Shown piece after piece: positions 50,373-64,000 of a stretch of DNA of 64,000 nt (its first letter is position 1; every line of letters starts with the position of its first letter). Location: assembly GCF_009914755.1 (NCBI RefSeq), contig NC_060946.1; one strand, 5' to 3'. Below the pieces are notes generated by a model. The model was not told where the DNA came from, searched no databases, and saw nothing but the letters and a program-made list of their open reading frames with translations. Origin of the DNA: the human T2T-CHM13v2.0 reference genome, Homo sapiens. The translations under genes and the position numbers were made by a program.

Positions 50373-51379
50373 ATAATTTCCTCTCTTTTAAACCTTAGAT
50401 TTGAATGATTTTTGCTGGATTCTTCAAACATGAAGTATTTTTTAAATTGTAAACTAATTGAATGACTTTAACTGGTAAGTAGAAGTCTTAGACCGTTGAC
50501 TAAAAGCTAAGGCTAACGTTGACCCTGCAAAAGGGGGCCACTGAAGGCCCAGTTGATTATTCCTGGGTGTCTGCCCTGCAGACATCAAAGTCTGCTCACA
50601 CCAACCATAGAAGGAGCCTTTGTCACTGTCAGAAGATACAGAGCTTTGGTAAGCTGGAAGTTGACAGGCAGATGCAGTTGGGGTTGAGATTGAAGAAAAG
50701 TTGGGATATTCTTTCTAGAATGGAGTTGTTATTGTCCTGAGACTGTTTATAGACTTTGTCTAAGAAGTTACTTAAGAAGTGTTGTAACAAGGAAAAAGTA
50801 CAAATGATTAGATCTTTGAGGATCTCAAAGGTTAGGTGGAAAAGGGTTTTATTTCATAGGGAGGAGAAAATAAGTTTACAAAGAAGGTTGGAAAGGAAGC
50901 ACAGGATGGAGGGTAGCAAAATCAGATCCCAGATAAGATAATGTTTCATCTTGAAGTCAGCCTGTTCTTAGGAGGGATATGTATAAATATGGGTTGTAGG
51001 TTCTCTGAGGCTGTGGGTGAGTCAAAGTTCAGGGGCTGAGGGAAGAAGGGGAACAAGAAAAGTTTTGTTAACAAGTACTCTGTTTTGACCACTGAAGACT
51101 AAATTACAGAATGGTTGTTCATTTTTAAAAATAGGAATTTGTAATCTGTGTCCGTCTTTGTGATAGGTTAAAAAAAAGGGGGGGGGGAACATCCACAAAG
51201 TCATAATGGGAAGCACGTTTCTCTTCACTAAGCTGTTCTTTGAGAACACAAAGAATGGGGGAATTTCTTTAAATATAGCTATTTCCAGGATTACCTTCAC
51301 CCACAACTGTTCCTTTTCCTAGACATCTCTTTCATTTGTCAGTTTCTGAGTTGTATTTTTATAATAAAGTGGTAAATAT

Positions 51380-51690
51380 AATTAGACTTATTTGTTGAGT
51401 TTTTTTGAGTAACTCTATCAAATTATTTAACTTGAAAAAGGGTTTATGGGAGTCTCAGATTTATAGGCAGTAGCTCAGAAATATAGATGGGCTTATGGGA
51501 CATGTGACTAACCTCTGCAGTGAGAGGGGTGATGTGGGACTTAGCCCTGAATTTGTGGGATCTGTGCGAACTCTAAGTTGTGTCAGAATTAAATTTTGGG
51601 GCAAGAAATGGGTGTTGGAGAAGCAGTGGGTTTTCAGGGAACTTTACACATTTAGGATCAAAAGTGTTGTAAGGAGAAAGACAATGTGGG
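51380..51690. mobile_element. Degenerate LTR fragment (MER21-like)
   Basis: Resemblance only (agggtttatgggagtc...gggacttagccctgaa...tgtcagaattaaatt). Confidence 0.4.
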
Positions 51691-52504
51691 GGCCTTTGCT
51701 GGAGAGAGACTCCAGGTGTCTCGGGGAAGGTAGGCTCTGCTCTGCACACAGGCTGCTACGCCATGCACTGCCCTGTGGTTCCAGGCATCCTCCCATGGTA
51801 AGAAGGACCGACGACTCTGAGGGAAGAAGTTCTGAGAACAGATGCCTTCTACCCTCCTGCCAACCTGAGGCCACCACATGTTTTTCACCCACTGAACATA
51901 CACACTGCATGTTGACGTGGTCAAGCCCCTCTCAGGACAAGGCTTTGGCATCAAGATTGTTGCCCATCCTACCTTTCCTCATAGACTTTCCCACCAAAAA
52001 CCCACACACGTGCCTACAAGACCCCTGGCATATGTTCTACTTCAGACACCGAATCTGCAGTGGCAACCTGGTTTTTTCACCATCGCAGATTTCTGTGCCA
52101 CCTGATCATAATCTCGTCTTCCTGCATGAACATAGAAATAACTCAGAGAAAAGTTTCACCTGGGTCAGTGTCTGTAGCATGAACCAGTCCTCCCACCAAC
52201 CCTGTACAGTCTCTCACTTCTGGTTTCTTAATAGCACCTTCCCCTCTTTTACCTTTTAGTTCACCTCAAACCCTTTCTTTTATGTGCACACAGAGTGCCC
52301 AAGGCCACCCCTCAGTTGCCTGAATCCAGCACCTACCAAAATTCAGATGTCCAGTAGTTCAAGACCATGGGCCTAGACTAAGTTTTTGCAGAAGGCAATA
52401 CAAATTAGAAATGAGAGGCTCTATTCTCCCATTTGAAAATAAAAAAAAGATTTTTTTCTTTTCCTTTTTCTTAAACAATGTAATCTGGAAAACTTTAATT
52501 AGTA

Positions 52505-53118
52505 ATTTTTTGAGGCAGAATCTTACTCTTTTACTTAGCCTGAAGTGCAACGGCATAATCATAGCTCACGGTAACCTTAACCTCTTGGGTTTGAGCAGTC
52601 CTCCTGCATCAACCGCTTAATTACCTAGGACTATAGGCATGAACCACCATGCCTGGCTAGCTTTATTTATTTTTGTTTTTATTTTTTTTCAAGACAGTGT
52701 CTTGCTCTGTGGGCTAGGCTGGAGTGTAGTGCCATGATCTTGTCTCAATGCAACCTCCACCTCCCAGGTTCAAGCAATTCTCCTGTCTCAGCCTTTTGAG
52801 TAGCTGGGATTACAGGCGCACACCACCATGTCTGGCTAATTTTTTGTTATTATTATTTTTAGTAGAGAATGGGTTTTACCATTTTGGCCAGGCTGGTCTC
52901 CACCCCCTGACCTCATTATCCACCTGCCTCAGACTCCCAAAGTGCTGGGATTACAGGTGTGAGCCAACATGCCCAGCCATATTTATTTTATTTTTTTGTA
53001 GTGACAGAATTTCACCATATTGCCTGTACTGGACTCAAACATTTGGCTTGAAGGTATCCTCATGCCTTGGCCTCCCCAAATGTTCAGATTACAGGCATGA
53101 ACCACCATGAGTGGCCTG
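52505..53118 (-). mobile_element. AluJ split by a nested AluS (~52665-52978)
   Basis: AluJ arm at 52505-52660, complete AluS, then the remaining AluJ arm at 52985-53118. Confidence 0.85.
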
Positions 53119-53305
53119 GAACACTTTTACATGTACCTTTTTTTCTCTGCTTCTTTGAAATATAAGCAAATCATTTTAACAGCTAAATAAGCCTTCTGTC
53201 ATTCTTCATGACAGAGAATTGTCTTTATCTAAGACCTGGAAACTATTGCTTTGTTTTTTAATTTGGCAAAGATTTATTTATTTTTTATTTTCAGTCCTTT
53301 GAAGT

Positions 53306-53604
53306 AGGCACAGCGCAGTACAGTGGCTCATGTTTTTAATCCTAGTGCTTTGGGAGGCTGAGATGAGAGAATTGCTTGGGCCCAGGAGTTTGAGACCAGC
53401 CTGGGCAGCATAATGAGACACTTTCTTTATAACAAATTAAAATCAACTAGCAGGGCATGGTGGCACAGGAGGCTGAGGTGAGAGAATCATTTGAGCTCAA
53501 GAGTTTGAGGCTGCAATGAGCCATGATCACTCCAATCTACCACTGTATTCCAGCCTGGATGACAGAGGGAGACCCTGTCTCTAAATAAATAAGCAAATAA
53601 AAAA
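53306..53604 (+). mobile_element. AluJ with internal deletion
   Basis: gtggctcatgtttttaatcctagtgctttgggaggctgag...gagaccctgtctctaaataaataag. Confidence 0.85.
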
Positions 53605-54582
53605 ATGTGTTTTTCCATACATAAAAATAAGTTAATAAACAGATAAATAAAATAGACATGGATTTGCTTAGAATAAAGCTAATTATAAGATAACAGAAAA
53701 GTGAGCACCAAAGATGGGGTTCACCTTAGCAAGTGATTCCAGCCTATTAGGACACTCACAGAATTCTCCCTGCAGCACGACCAACATGAAAGTAGAATGT
53801 CATCATGTCAGGCTATACCAGCGTCGGAAGACTAAACACTGTGGGGAAGAACCTCCCTTATGGAATATTATCAACAGGTGAGAGACCAGCTCCTGCCCTG
53901 ATGGGCTACAGAGATGAATTCTTGAGATAACACATTGCAGAAACATGCATAGAGTAGTTTAACCTTTTTTGTGTGTAACCCTTTCTCCATTTTCCTGCAA
54001 AATCCTCCCTAGAAATAGTGTTCGCTTTTAAGTTTTGAGGGTCTGGTAGGACTGAAGCTGCATGCTGCAGGAGATACCTGGGGTAGGAAACTAACACAAA
54101 CTGCAGCTACAGGCACAAATACTCATGGCCTAATGTAAAGTGAAAACAATAGAAAGGTCTTTACTGTTATTCACCCAAGTGAGTGAACAGAGACTTTCCA
54201 CATAACCAACTTGCCACTGAGACTAATGAAGGCCAGATTCCACTGGATCAAGACTATGAGTTACTCATGGGAAGATCATAGGACACAGCCCAGAGAGTTT
54301 TCATACTGGAGTCTGGGTACTGGGTCTGTCCCGGTCTTCTCGGGTTTCTGTCTGTAGAGACCCCTATGTGGCTGCTCTTACCACAGCCCGGTGCTGGCTG
54401 TGGTTGCTGGCTTAGTGCACCTGGTCTTTTTCCAAAAAGAGGGAGGAGTTGGCCACATCAAGAAGCTCCTCATCAATCTGAATGCAGCTCTGTAAAAAGT
54501 GCCTAGAAACCACGCAAAGAAAAGTCAGTGGTCTGCCTTGTTTTCACCGTATGTGACACCTCCACTAGAAATTCTGCTTTTC

Positions 54583-54809
54583 TCTGCACTCCAGCCTGGG
54601 TGACAGAGCGAGGCTTCCTCAAAAAGGAAAAAAGAAAAAGAAAAAGAGAGAAAGAAAGACAGAAGGAAGTAAGGAAGAAGAAAGAAAGAAAAAGAAAGAA
54701 AGAAAGAAAGAGAAAAAAAGAAGAAAGAAAGAAAGAAAGAAAGAGAAAGAAAGAAAGAAAGAAAGAAGAAAGAAAGAAAGAAAGAAGAAAGAAAGAAAGA
54801 AAGAAAGGA

Positions 54810-54865
<56 letters not shown>

Positions 54866-54889
54866 AAATAAAAGAGAAAAGAAAAGAAA
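54583..54889 (+). mobile_element. Severely 5'-truncated Alu (~38 bp) with a ~270-bp (GAAA)n tail
   Basis: tgcactccagcctgggtgacagagcgag followed by a purine-rich tract; 16-bp TSD agaaattctgcttttc (54567-54582) / agaaattctgctcttc (54890-54905). Confidence 0.9.
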
Positions 54890-56024
54890 AGAAATTCTGC
54901 TCTTCAGATTAGGCACATAAGGAGAATCTGTATGAATCTCCAGCAAGGAAGGAAACCAGAGGACAAGTTAAAGTCTTGGAATTCACATCTGAGTACACAG
55001 ACTCGTTCTCCAACCCTCTTCTTTTTATTCTGCCAGCTATGGCCTAGGTATGAACATGACAGGTACACAAGGGTTCCAACACCTGACAATCTGCTTCAGT
55101 AAAAGAAGAGTGCCCTCCCTCTTGCTCCCCATACAACTCATGGTACTAAGAAATGGTGTGGGACTTCCCAGATGAGTTGACAAGAGAGGCCTGGCTCTGG
55201 GGCCTGTCCTGAGCTGCCCTGTGTTATTTGTAGGTGCACCCAGCCAATAGCCAGGGGCATCAATGATGAGGCCTGAGTTGACATCCGTGTTTTCAGATAA
55301 GGCTTTTACACTGAGCCTTTGTAAAGTCAAAACTCAGAAATTTCAGGGCACAATGAAAGAACATCTCACTCTCTTGAGCATCTCTCACTAACAGAGGTGG
55401 ATACAGAGCTGTCTCAAGAATGTGGGTTCCTGGTTTCTTAACTGATGTTGGGTTGTCACCAAGAAAGTGTGTTAAACTCTTCAAGGTTCCATCTACTGGG
55501 TCCCTTCTTTCTGTAAGACCTACCCAAAAGCCCAACTATGCTACTAATTGTTCAGTCTCCTCTTCCATGTCAACTCTTCATTTGTACACAAGTATGCAAA
55601 CACAACTTCCCCTTAATTCCCTGGAAAGAACTAAATGCAGCCTGGGTTCCAGGATATAAGAGACAGCTGGAACATAACCTTGTTTTTCTTACCATCTCTG
55701 GGACCCAATAAAAGTCACTGTGTATTTGAGGCTTCCCCAGCCTCCAAGCATGCACAGTGGGGATGATGCTAACATCTACTTCCTAGGGATTGTATTAGAT
55801 GTATATAAGATAAAACATAAAAATCATGTGGTGTTACCTGTAGATAATGCACACACTTAGAGATGGAAGCATTAGGAGAATATGTAGAAGGTAGCATGGG
55901 CCACAACTCAAACAAGCCTGGGTCTGGCAGGGTGATCTTGGGAATGTCACTTCTCCACTGCGCTTCATTTTCATTCTGCTCCAGTATGAAGTTGAAATTA
56001 AATGTAGATACTGTCCTCTGGCAT

Positions 56025-56358
56025 TCATATAGTTTAGCTGTGTGTTCCACCCAAACTTCTCTGTGTATTATAACCCCCAGGTGTTAAGGGAGAAACCTGA
56101 GGGGAGATGATTGGATTATGGGGACGGGTTCTCCTCATGCTGTTCTTGTGATAGTGAGTTCTCATGAGATCTGATAGTTTCATAAGCATCTGGTACATCC
56201 CATGCTCTCACTCACTTCACTTGTCAGCCACTGTAATTGGAAGGTTTCTGAGGTGCCCTCCCAATTATGTGGAACTGTGAGTCAATTAAACTTCTTTTCT
56301 TTATCAATTACCCAGTCTCAAGTACTTCATCATTGCAGTATGACAAAGTCCTAATACA
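56025..56358 (+). mobile_element. MaLR LTR (THE1/MST-like)
   Basis: catgctgttcttgtgatagtgagttctcatgagatctgat...gtgagtcaattaaac...tacccagtctc...ctaataca. Confidence 0.88.
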
Positions 56359-57004
56359 GCCATTCAACTTTCTAGTGCTTTCTCTTTATATTTAGAATCC
56401 TATCCATGTGCCTTCTCACGTCTATGACAGGGAAACTCTTCACAAAATCTCACAGTACTAGGTGGTTAGTGACTCAGTTTTTTATTGAATAAAATGGCCT
56501 ACAGCCTGATGACAGTAATATGGCCCTTGGGTTTTGAGGAAAATATCATGTTGTAGGTTGGCCAAAAAGGAGATAGCAGTCCAGCTGAAATTTGTTTTCT
56601 TATACTGGCTTTAAGGCAGTGATTAGAAAAGGCCTAAGAGGTGGGTTCTGTAAGGGATTGCTGGAAGGAAAGTAGGAATATGGAAAGTCATGAGACATAT
56701 ACTGTCATCTCTTCTTGCTTCCTCTCAAGTCACATGCAAATTCAGGGAGAGTTAGTATGAAACACACAATGGAAATTTGGGCTCTAACATATGCAATCTG
56801 ATTCTTCATGGACTTCATTTGGCCATATCAGTTCCAACAATTTCAGCCAATGTTTAAAAACCTTATAAGCAGATAAAATTTTAGTGTTTCAACAAGCCAT
56901 TTCCTATCTTTCATTCTGAAAATCCATTTTAAGTCATTTTTTTAACAGCATAGGGGTACAAATTCAGCTTCTGTCCAATGAAATACAGAAAAGGATATCA
57001 CTTT

Positions 57005-57657
<653 letters not shown>

Positions 57658-57789
57658 TCAAGATTTTTCTAAAGCTCTCATTTTTCTCCTACTGGGTTTT
57701 TCCTGTTTGCGCCCTCAATCTTTCTCTGTCTCTTTTTGTGTACACCTTTTTGTCTAATTCTCTCTCTCTATTGTATACCTCAAACACAG

Positions 57790-58100
57790 GAAGCAAGCTT
57801 CAATGCTATGAGATGCTCCATGTAAAGACCAACATAACAGAGCCTGAGGGGGTGCTCAGACCAGTAGAGAGAAGGAAAGTCAGGCTCTCCAGCCACACTA
57901 AACCCTGCCAATTTTCACATGAGTCAGCTTAAAGGCTCATGCTTTCCCAGTCCAGCTTCAGTTAAGACCACAGTCCCAATGTCATAAAAGACCTAAAGGC
58001 AGAGGTACCCAACTGAACTGTGTCCAGATTCTGGTCCACATAAATTATGAGATATTATATGTTGTTGAAAAGTGCTGACTTTTAGGGCAATGTTGTCAGA
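57790..58100. mobile_element. MLT1-like LTR fragment
   Basis: cccagtccagcttcag...cccaactgaactgtgtccagattctggtccacataaattatgaga resembles the MLT1 3' part. Confidence 0.5.
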
Positions 58101-60404
58101 AAGGAGCAGATATCTAGCCTCATCTCCCAGGCCCTAGGATTCTCCATCCCTCTACTTATATCTTCCTCAGGCTGTCTGCAGCCAAACTTTCTAACCTCTG
58201 CCGAACTCACACCTATGAGTCTCTTCACTAAGGGTGGCTTCTCCCTGACACATACTTGTGCAGAGATGTCTCCCTGTTGTCATCCTTATCATGGATTAAA
58301 CATCACCACAATGAGGCCTTAGTTCCTCCCATGCAATAATTTTCCAGCTTTTCTTCTCAACATTCCACTTTATATTATAGTCCTTCCTCTTTTCTTTCAC
58401 ATATACTTGCTTTAGTGCTTTTATCCAGCTGTCCTCAGAATGTTTGGTCCTGGGTTGGGGGGTGCAGGCATCATGTAATAATTTTCTGTACCACGTTGCA
58501 CCCACCTGGTTAGCTGGCAAAGGGTGAGCGCAAGGGAAAAAAGACTGGCTAAGTGATTATATGGAGGATCTCTAATATCCCTTCCTCTTTTGACCACCTG
58601 ATAATGTGGAGATCATTGATAACAACATGAGATGTGTGACTCTTACTTGTTCCAGCTGCTCCAGCAAAGCTCAGTGGGCACCAGAAACAGAGCTGGCTGT
58701 AACCACCTCCAGGCCATCACTAACTCTATGGCCCAATGCAGGAGCACTATGGAACAAATCAGGTATCTTGATTTTTCTGTCCTCAAGACACTGGTTCTTC
58801 AAGGTCCTAGGGGATAAAGTAGCAGAATCTGAAGGCCCCAAGTACAATGAGTGACCTTGGAATCCCCCTTTGCCTTCTATTTGCCTCTACCTTTTGGGTT
58901 GTGCTATTTATCCATGAGATATCCTCCCCTTATCCAGTGAAATTAGTTTCTACCACTTTCAAATGAGGACCTTAAGAACCCAACAGGAGCTGGGATTTTC
59001 CGTGGACTTCAGCCTCAGAGTCCAATGCTCTGGAACATTTAGCTCCGTCTCATCTTCATCTACCCAAGATGCCTCTGAAGTGGCCATGCCTCCCTCTGAT
59101 TTGAAGGACCTACAGAGAGTGGATGCATTTCTGCACAGTCTCAGAGCAAGAATCAGGGCTGGAAGACACTTATGAGTATGTGAAATCGTCGAGGTCACCC
59201 AGTTCAAACAGCCCTATTTATGAGGAAGAAAACAGGCTTTCCTGCAGGCATTCTCTACATTAGGCTGAGGTGGAGCATAGCTCATTTTACTTCCAGGTGC
59301 CCTCAGAGCTGGATGCAAAACCCCAGTCCTGTCATCTTGAAATTGACATGGAGAGGTCCCCATGTGAACAGAACCCTGGATCTGCTCATTCTCTGTGCCC
59401 CTGAATGTGAAGCTACAGGCTCTAACTTCCAAAGCAAACCTGATAGGTGGGATGGAGCCAAGGCCTAGGAAGCTGGAGCTCTCTCTAATGCTCTGGAGCC
59501 TGCCCACCTCCTGAGATCTGGATCAGTCCCTGCCTCTTTTGGGGCCTCATTTTCCCAATTGTAATGTAATGAGAAATTAAATGTAAAATTGCATAAGCAT
59601 ATGCTCTGTGAGAATTTGGTGTCAGAGTCCTCAATACTGGATGATATATTTTGGTGGGAGGGGTTTGGGCCCCAGAGGTTCTCGGGACTCCTGACATATC
59701 CATTGCAGTAGGTGTAGAGCTCAGGAGATCCAGATCTTCTTTCCTGAGCCAGCTGATTACAATACAATGGACCACGGGCTATGATCTTAAATATGATTTC
59801 ACAGGATTCCCCACCTTCAGCCACCATCTGCTCTGTGCTTCCCTTATTTTGGGGAGCTGATGACAACCTCCATTATAGTGAGAGAGTCCAAGAAACTAGA
59901 CTTGTGGACCTGGAGAAAAGAAAAAAACACTTTTCTATTTCTCTCAAACTGTAGAATCTGTTGTCAAATATTTAATTTTGATTCCATCTGAGCTTGATAA
60001 TACGTTCATGTGTTAAGAGCTGCTTAAATTTATTTTTTCTGTGGTGTGGGATAATGTCTTTTCCCATATTTTAAATCAACTTCTAAAAGCTCTCTTTAAA
60101 GTGGAGATGTGAACATCTTTGTGATATAAACTGCACATATTTGTTGTGAGATTGTTCTTTTTCTCTTTGTTAAAATGTTTTGTTTTATTCTGGTTTGGAT
60201 GTCCTTCAGGGTTTTGTTTTGTGGCTATTTATTACTACAATGCAACTTCTCCCCTAATTAACTGACAGGTTTGTACATTCTCAATAAAATATTTTGGTAA
60301 AGTCTTTGTAAAAACTGTGTAGACAATTTTACAGTTTTCATAAACATAAAACAGTCAAGACTGTCATGATGAAAAAGAAAGATTGAGGGCTTAAAAATTA
60401 AAAT

Positions 60405-63400
60405 ATGACACAGCTAAAGTAGTGTGCAAAGGGAAATTTATGGCACTAAATGCCCACAAGAGAAAGCAGAAAAGGTCTAAAATCGGCATCATAATATCAC
60501 AATTAAAAATCTAGGGAAGCAAGAGCAAACAAATTCAAAAGCTAGCAGAAGACAAGAAATAATTAAGATCACAGCAGAACTGAAGGAGATAGACACACAA
60601 AAAGCCCGTCCAAAAAATCAACGAATCCAGGAGCTGTTTTTTTGAAAAGATCAAGAAATAAATAAACTGCTAGCCAGAGTAATAAGGAAGAAGAGAAGAA
60701 TCAAATACATGCAATAGGAAATGATAAAGGGGATATAACCATTGATCCACAGAAATAAAAATTACCATTAGAGAATATTATAAAAAACTCTTTGCAAATT
60801 AACTAGAAAATCTAGACGAAATGGATAAATTCCTGGACACATATACCCTCCCAAGTCCAAACCAGTAAGAAGTCGAATGCCTGAATATGCCAATAACAAG
60901 TTCTAAAATTGAGGCAGTAACTAATAGCCTACCAACCAAAAGAAGTCCAGAACCAGAAGGATTCACAGCCGAATTCTACCAAAGGTACAAAGAGGAGCTG
61001 GTACCATTCCTTCTGAAACTATTTCAAACAATAGAAAAGAGGTACTCCTCCTTAACTCATTTTATGCATCCAGCATCATCCTGAAACCAAAACTTGGCAA
61101 AGACACACCAGAAAAAGAAAATTTCAGGCCCGTATCCCTGATGAATATCGATGCGAAAATCCTCAATAAAATACTGGCAAACCGAATCCAGCAGCACATC
61201 AAAAAGCTTATCCACCACGATCTAGTCAGCTTAATCCCTCGGATGCAAAGCTTGTTCAACATATGCAAATCAATAAATGTATTCCATCACATAAACAGAA
61301 CTAATGACAAAAACCACATGATTATCTCAATAGATGCAAAAAAGGCCTTCAGCAAAATTCAACACCTCTTCATGGTAAAAACTCTCAATGAATTATGTAT
61401 TGATGGAACTTATCTCAACATATTAAGAGCTATTTATGACAAACGCACAGCCAATATACTGAATGGGAAAAAACTTGAAACATTCCTTTTGAAAATCTGC
61501 ACAAAACAAGAATACCCTCTCTCATCACTCCTATTCAATATAGTATTGGAAGTTCTGGCCAGGGCAATCAGTCAAGAGAAAGAAACAAAGCGTAATCAAA
61601 TAGGAAGAGGAACTCAAGTTGTCTCTGTTTGCAGCTGACATGATTGTATATTTAGAAAACCCCATCGTCTCAGCCCAAAATCTCCTTAAACCAATATGCA
61701 ACTTCAAAAAAGTCTCAGTATACAAAATCAGTGTTCAAAAATCACAAGAATTCCTATACACAATAATAGACAAACAGAGAGCCAAATCATGCATGAACTC
61801 TCATTCACAATTGTTACAAAGAGAATAAAATACCTAGGAATCCAACTTAAAAGGGATGGGAAGGACTTCTTCAAGGAGATCTACAAACCACTGCTCAAGG
61901 AAATAAGAGAGGACACAAACAAATGAAAAACAATCCGTGCTCATGGATAGGAAGAATCAATATTGTGAAAATGGCCATACTGCCCAAAGTAATTTATAAA
62001 TTCAGTGTTATCCCCATCAAGCTCCCATTGACTTTCTTTACATAATTAGAAAAAAAACTACTTTAAATTTCATATGGAATCAAAAAAGATCCTGCATAGA
62101 CAAGACAATCCTAAGCAAAAAGAACAAAAGTGGAGGCATCACACTAGCTATCTTCAAACTATACTAAAAGGCCACAGTAACCAAGACAGTATGGTACTGG
62201 TACCAAAACAGATATATTGACAAATGGAACAGAACAGAGGCCCCAGAAATAACATCAAACATCTACAACCATCTGATCTTTGATGAACCTGACAAAAACA
62301 AGTAATGGGGAAAGGATTCCTTATTTAATAAATGGTGTTGGGAAAACTAGATAGCCATATGCAAAAAAATGAAACTGGACGTCTTCCTTACTAGTTATAC
62401 AAAAATTAACTGAAGATGGATTAAAGACTTAAATGTAAGACTTAAAACCATAAAAACCCCCCAAAAAACAAAGGCATTACCATTCAGGACATAGGCGTGG
62501 GCAAAGACTTCATGACTAAAACAGCAAAAACAATGGCAACAAAAGCCAAAATTGACAAACGAGATGTAATTAAAGTAAAGAGCTTCTTCACAACAAAAGA
62601 AACTATCATCAGAGTGAACAGGCAACCCACAGAAAGGAGAAAATTTATGCAATCTATCCATCTGACAATGGGCTAATATGCAGAATCTACAAAAAACTTA
62701 AGCAAATTTACAAGAAAAAAACAAACAACCATATCAAAAATGGGCAAAGGACATGAACAGACACTTCTGAAAAGAAGACATTTATGCAGCCAACAAACAT
62801 ATGAAAAAAAAACTCATCATCACTGGTCATTAGATAAATGCAAATCAAAAACACAGTGAGAAACCATCTCACTCCAGTTAGAATGGTGATCATTGGAAAA
62901 ATCAGGAAACAACAGATGCTGGAGAGGATGTGGAGAAATAGGAACACTTTTACACTGTTGGTGAGAGTGTAAATTAGTTCAACCATTGTGGAAGACAGTA
63001 TGGCAATTCCTCAAGGATCTACAATGAGAAATACCATTTGATCCAGCAATCCCATTACTGGGTATATAACCAAATGATTATAAATTATTCTACTACTTAG
63101 ACACATGCAAACATATGTTTATTATGGCACTGTGCACAAGAGCAAAAACTTTGAACCAAACCAAATGCCCATCAGTGGTAGAATGAATAAAGAAAATGTG
63201 GCATGTATACATCATGGAATACAATGCAGTCATAAAAAGGATGAGTTCATGTCCTTTGCAGGGACATGGATGAAGCTGGAAACCAGCATTCTCAGCAAAC
63301 TAACACAAGAGTAGAAAAGCAAACATCACATGTTCTCTCTCATAGTTGGGAGTTAAACAAAGAGAACACAGGGACACAGGAAGGGGAACACCACACACTG

Positions 63401-63446
63401 GAGCCTGTCAGGAAGTGGGGGACTATGGGAGGGATAGCATTAGAAG
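60405..63446 (+). mobile_element. L1PA, 5'-truncated and lacking its extreme 3' end; disrupted ORF2
   Basis: ORF2 pieces [69 protein letters not shown] and [14 protein letters not shown]. The 3'UTR runs to gggatagcattagaagatat, with no poly(A). Confidence 0.95.
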
Positions 63447-64000
63447 ATATATTCCTGGCCTAGGCCACTATTGCGATTTTCTAAATTTTGTTTCAAAAAC
63501 ATGATGTTTCAAAAATTGTTATTGATATGTAATTATACAAATATATAGTTCAGAAAAAAGAATCAACATTAATTATGCTTTTTCCAAAATACTTTATGGT
63601 TTTGAGCTCTTCTAGCAGTGACATTTTTGCTGTAGGTAGTTGCTCTATATCTGGTATATTCATCATAGCATCCTTTGTACCCTTTACACTTATCCTTCAA
63701 CTTCCCACTCTCCTTAAGTGTAAATTTTCAAGGCCAGAGCTCCCATATCTTCCCAATATTACTTTTTGAAAAGAAGCTCCTATGTACTGTTTTCTCTGGT
63801 TCTTGTTGGATATAATGCTAAAAGAGCTGGAAAATAATAATTTTTTAAAAAATTCGGTGATGAAATTAAGGTAAATATATTTTATAAATCTAATGAACAA
63901 AATGAGGCCAGCTGAGAACACAATGATAGTTGAAGAAGAACCTGAGATCCTGTTTCTCTCAATGGATGTATGAACTTAACTGCAATTGGGTGAGCAAAGC

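Noticed and set aside
51495-52259. Longest ORF in the window (254 aa)
   Set aside because: Starts in LTR-like sequence, has no recognisable domain and a random-like composition; probably chance, although a blastp was not possible.
54503-54946. 147-aa and 130-aa ORFs (FLS-rich and KER-rich)
   Set aside because: Translation of the (GAAA)n microsatellite.
60405-63446. Active L1
   Set aside because: No 5'UTR or ORF1, fragmented ORF2, RT motif FADD mutated to FAAD, no poly(A).

Overview
Primate (human/ape-like) non-coding, repeat-saturated DNA with the layout of a pericentromeric/acrocentric segmental-duplication mosaic. I found no intact protein-coding gene. Left to right: a processed CTBP2 pseudogene (-); an internally deleted KRT18 retrocopy (-); a TSD-bounded L1PA (-) split by a 12-unit ~220-bp gamma-satellite-like array; a deleted HERV-S/HERVL18-like provirus fragment with a tRNA-Ser PBS; ~12 kb of old beta-satellite arranged as kb-scale macro-units with inverted blocks; a pol-deleted ERV1 provirus (-); a ~139-bp ACRO1-like array in which most monomers carry a pair of ZNF143-type motifs; old L1s with a Y3 RNA retrocopy; a possible decayed multi-exon relic; Alus, MaLR LTRs and MER5; and a second L1PA (+). 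The most striking observation is that the gamma-satellite array sits inside an otherwise continuous L1 and its two ends are almost exactly adjacent in monomer phase, as expected for a reintegrated satellite circle. Repeat subfamily names come from recalled consensus sequences and need RepeatMasker/Dfam confirmation. Coordinates were read by eye.
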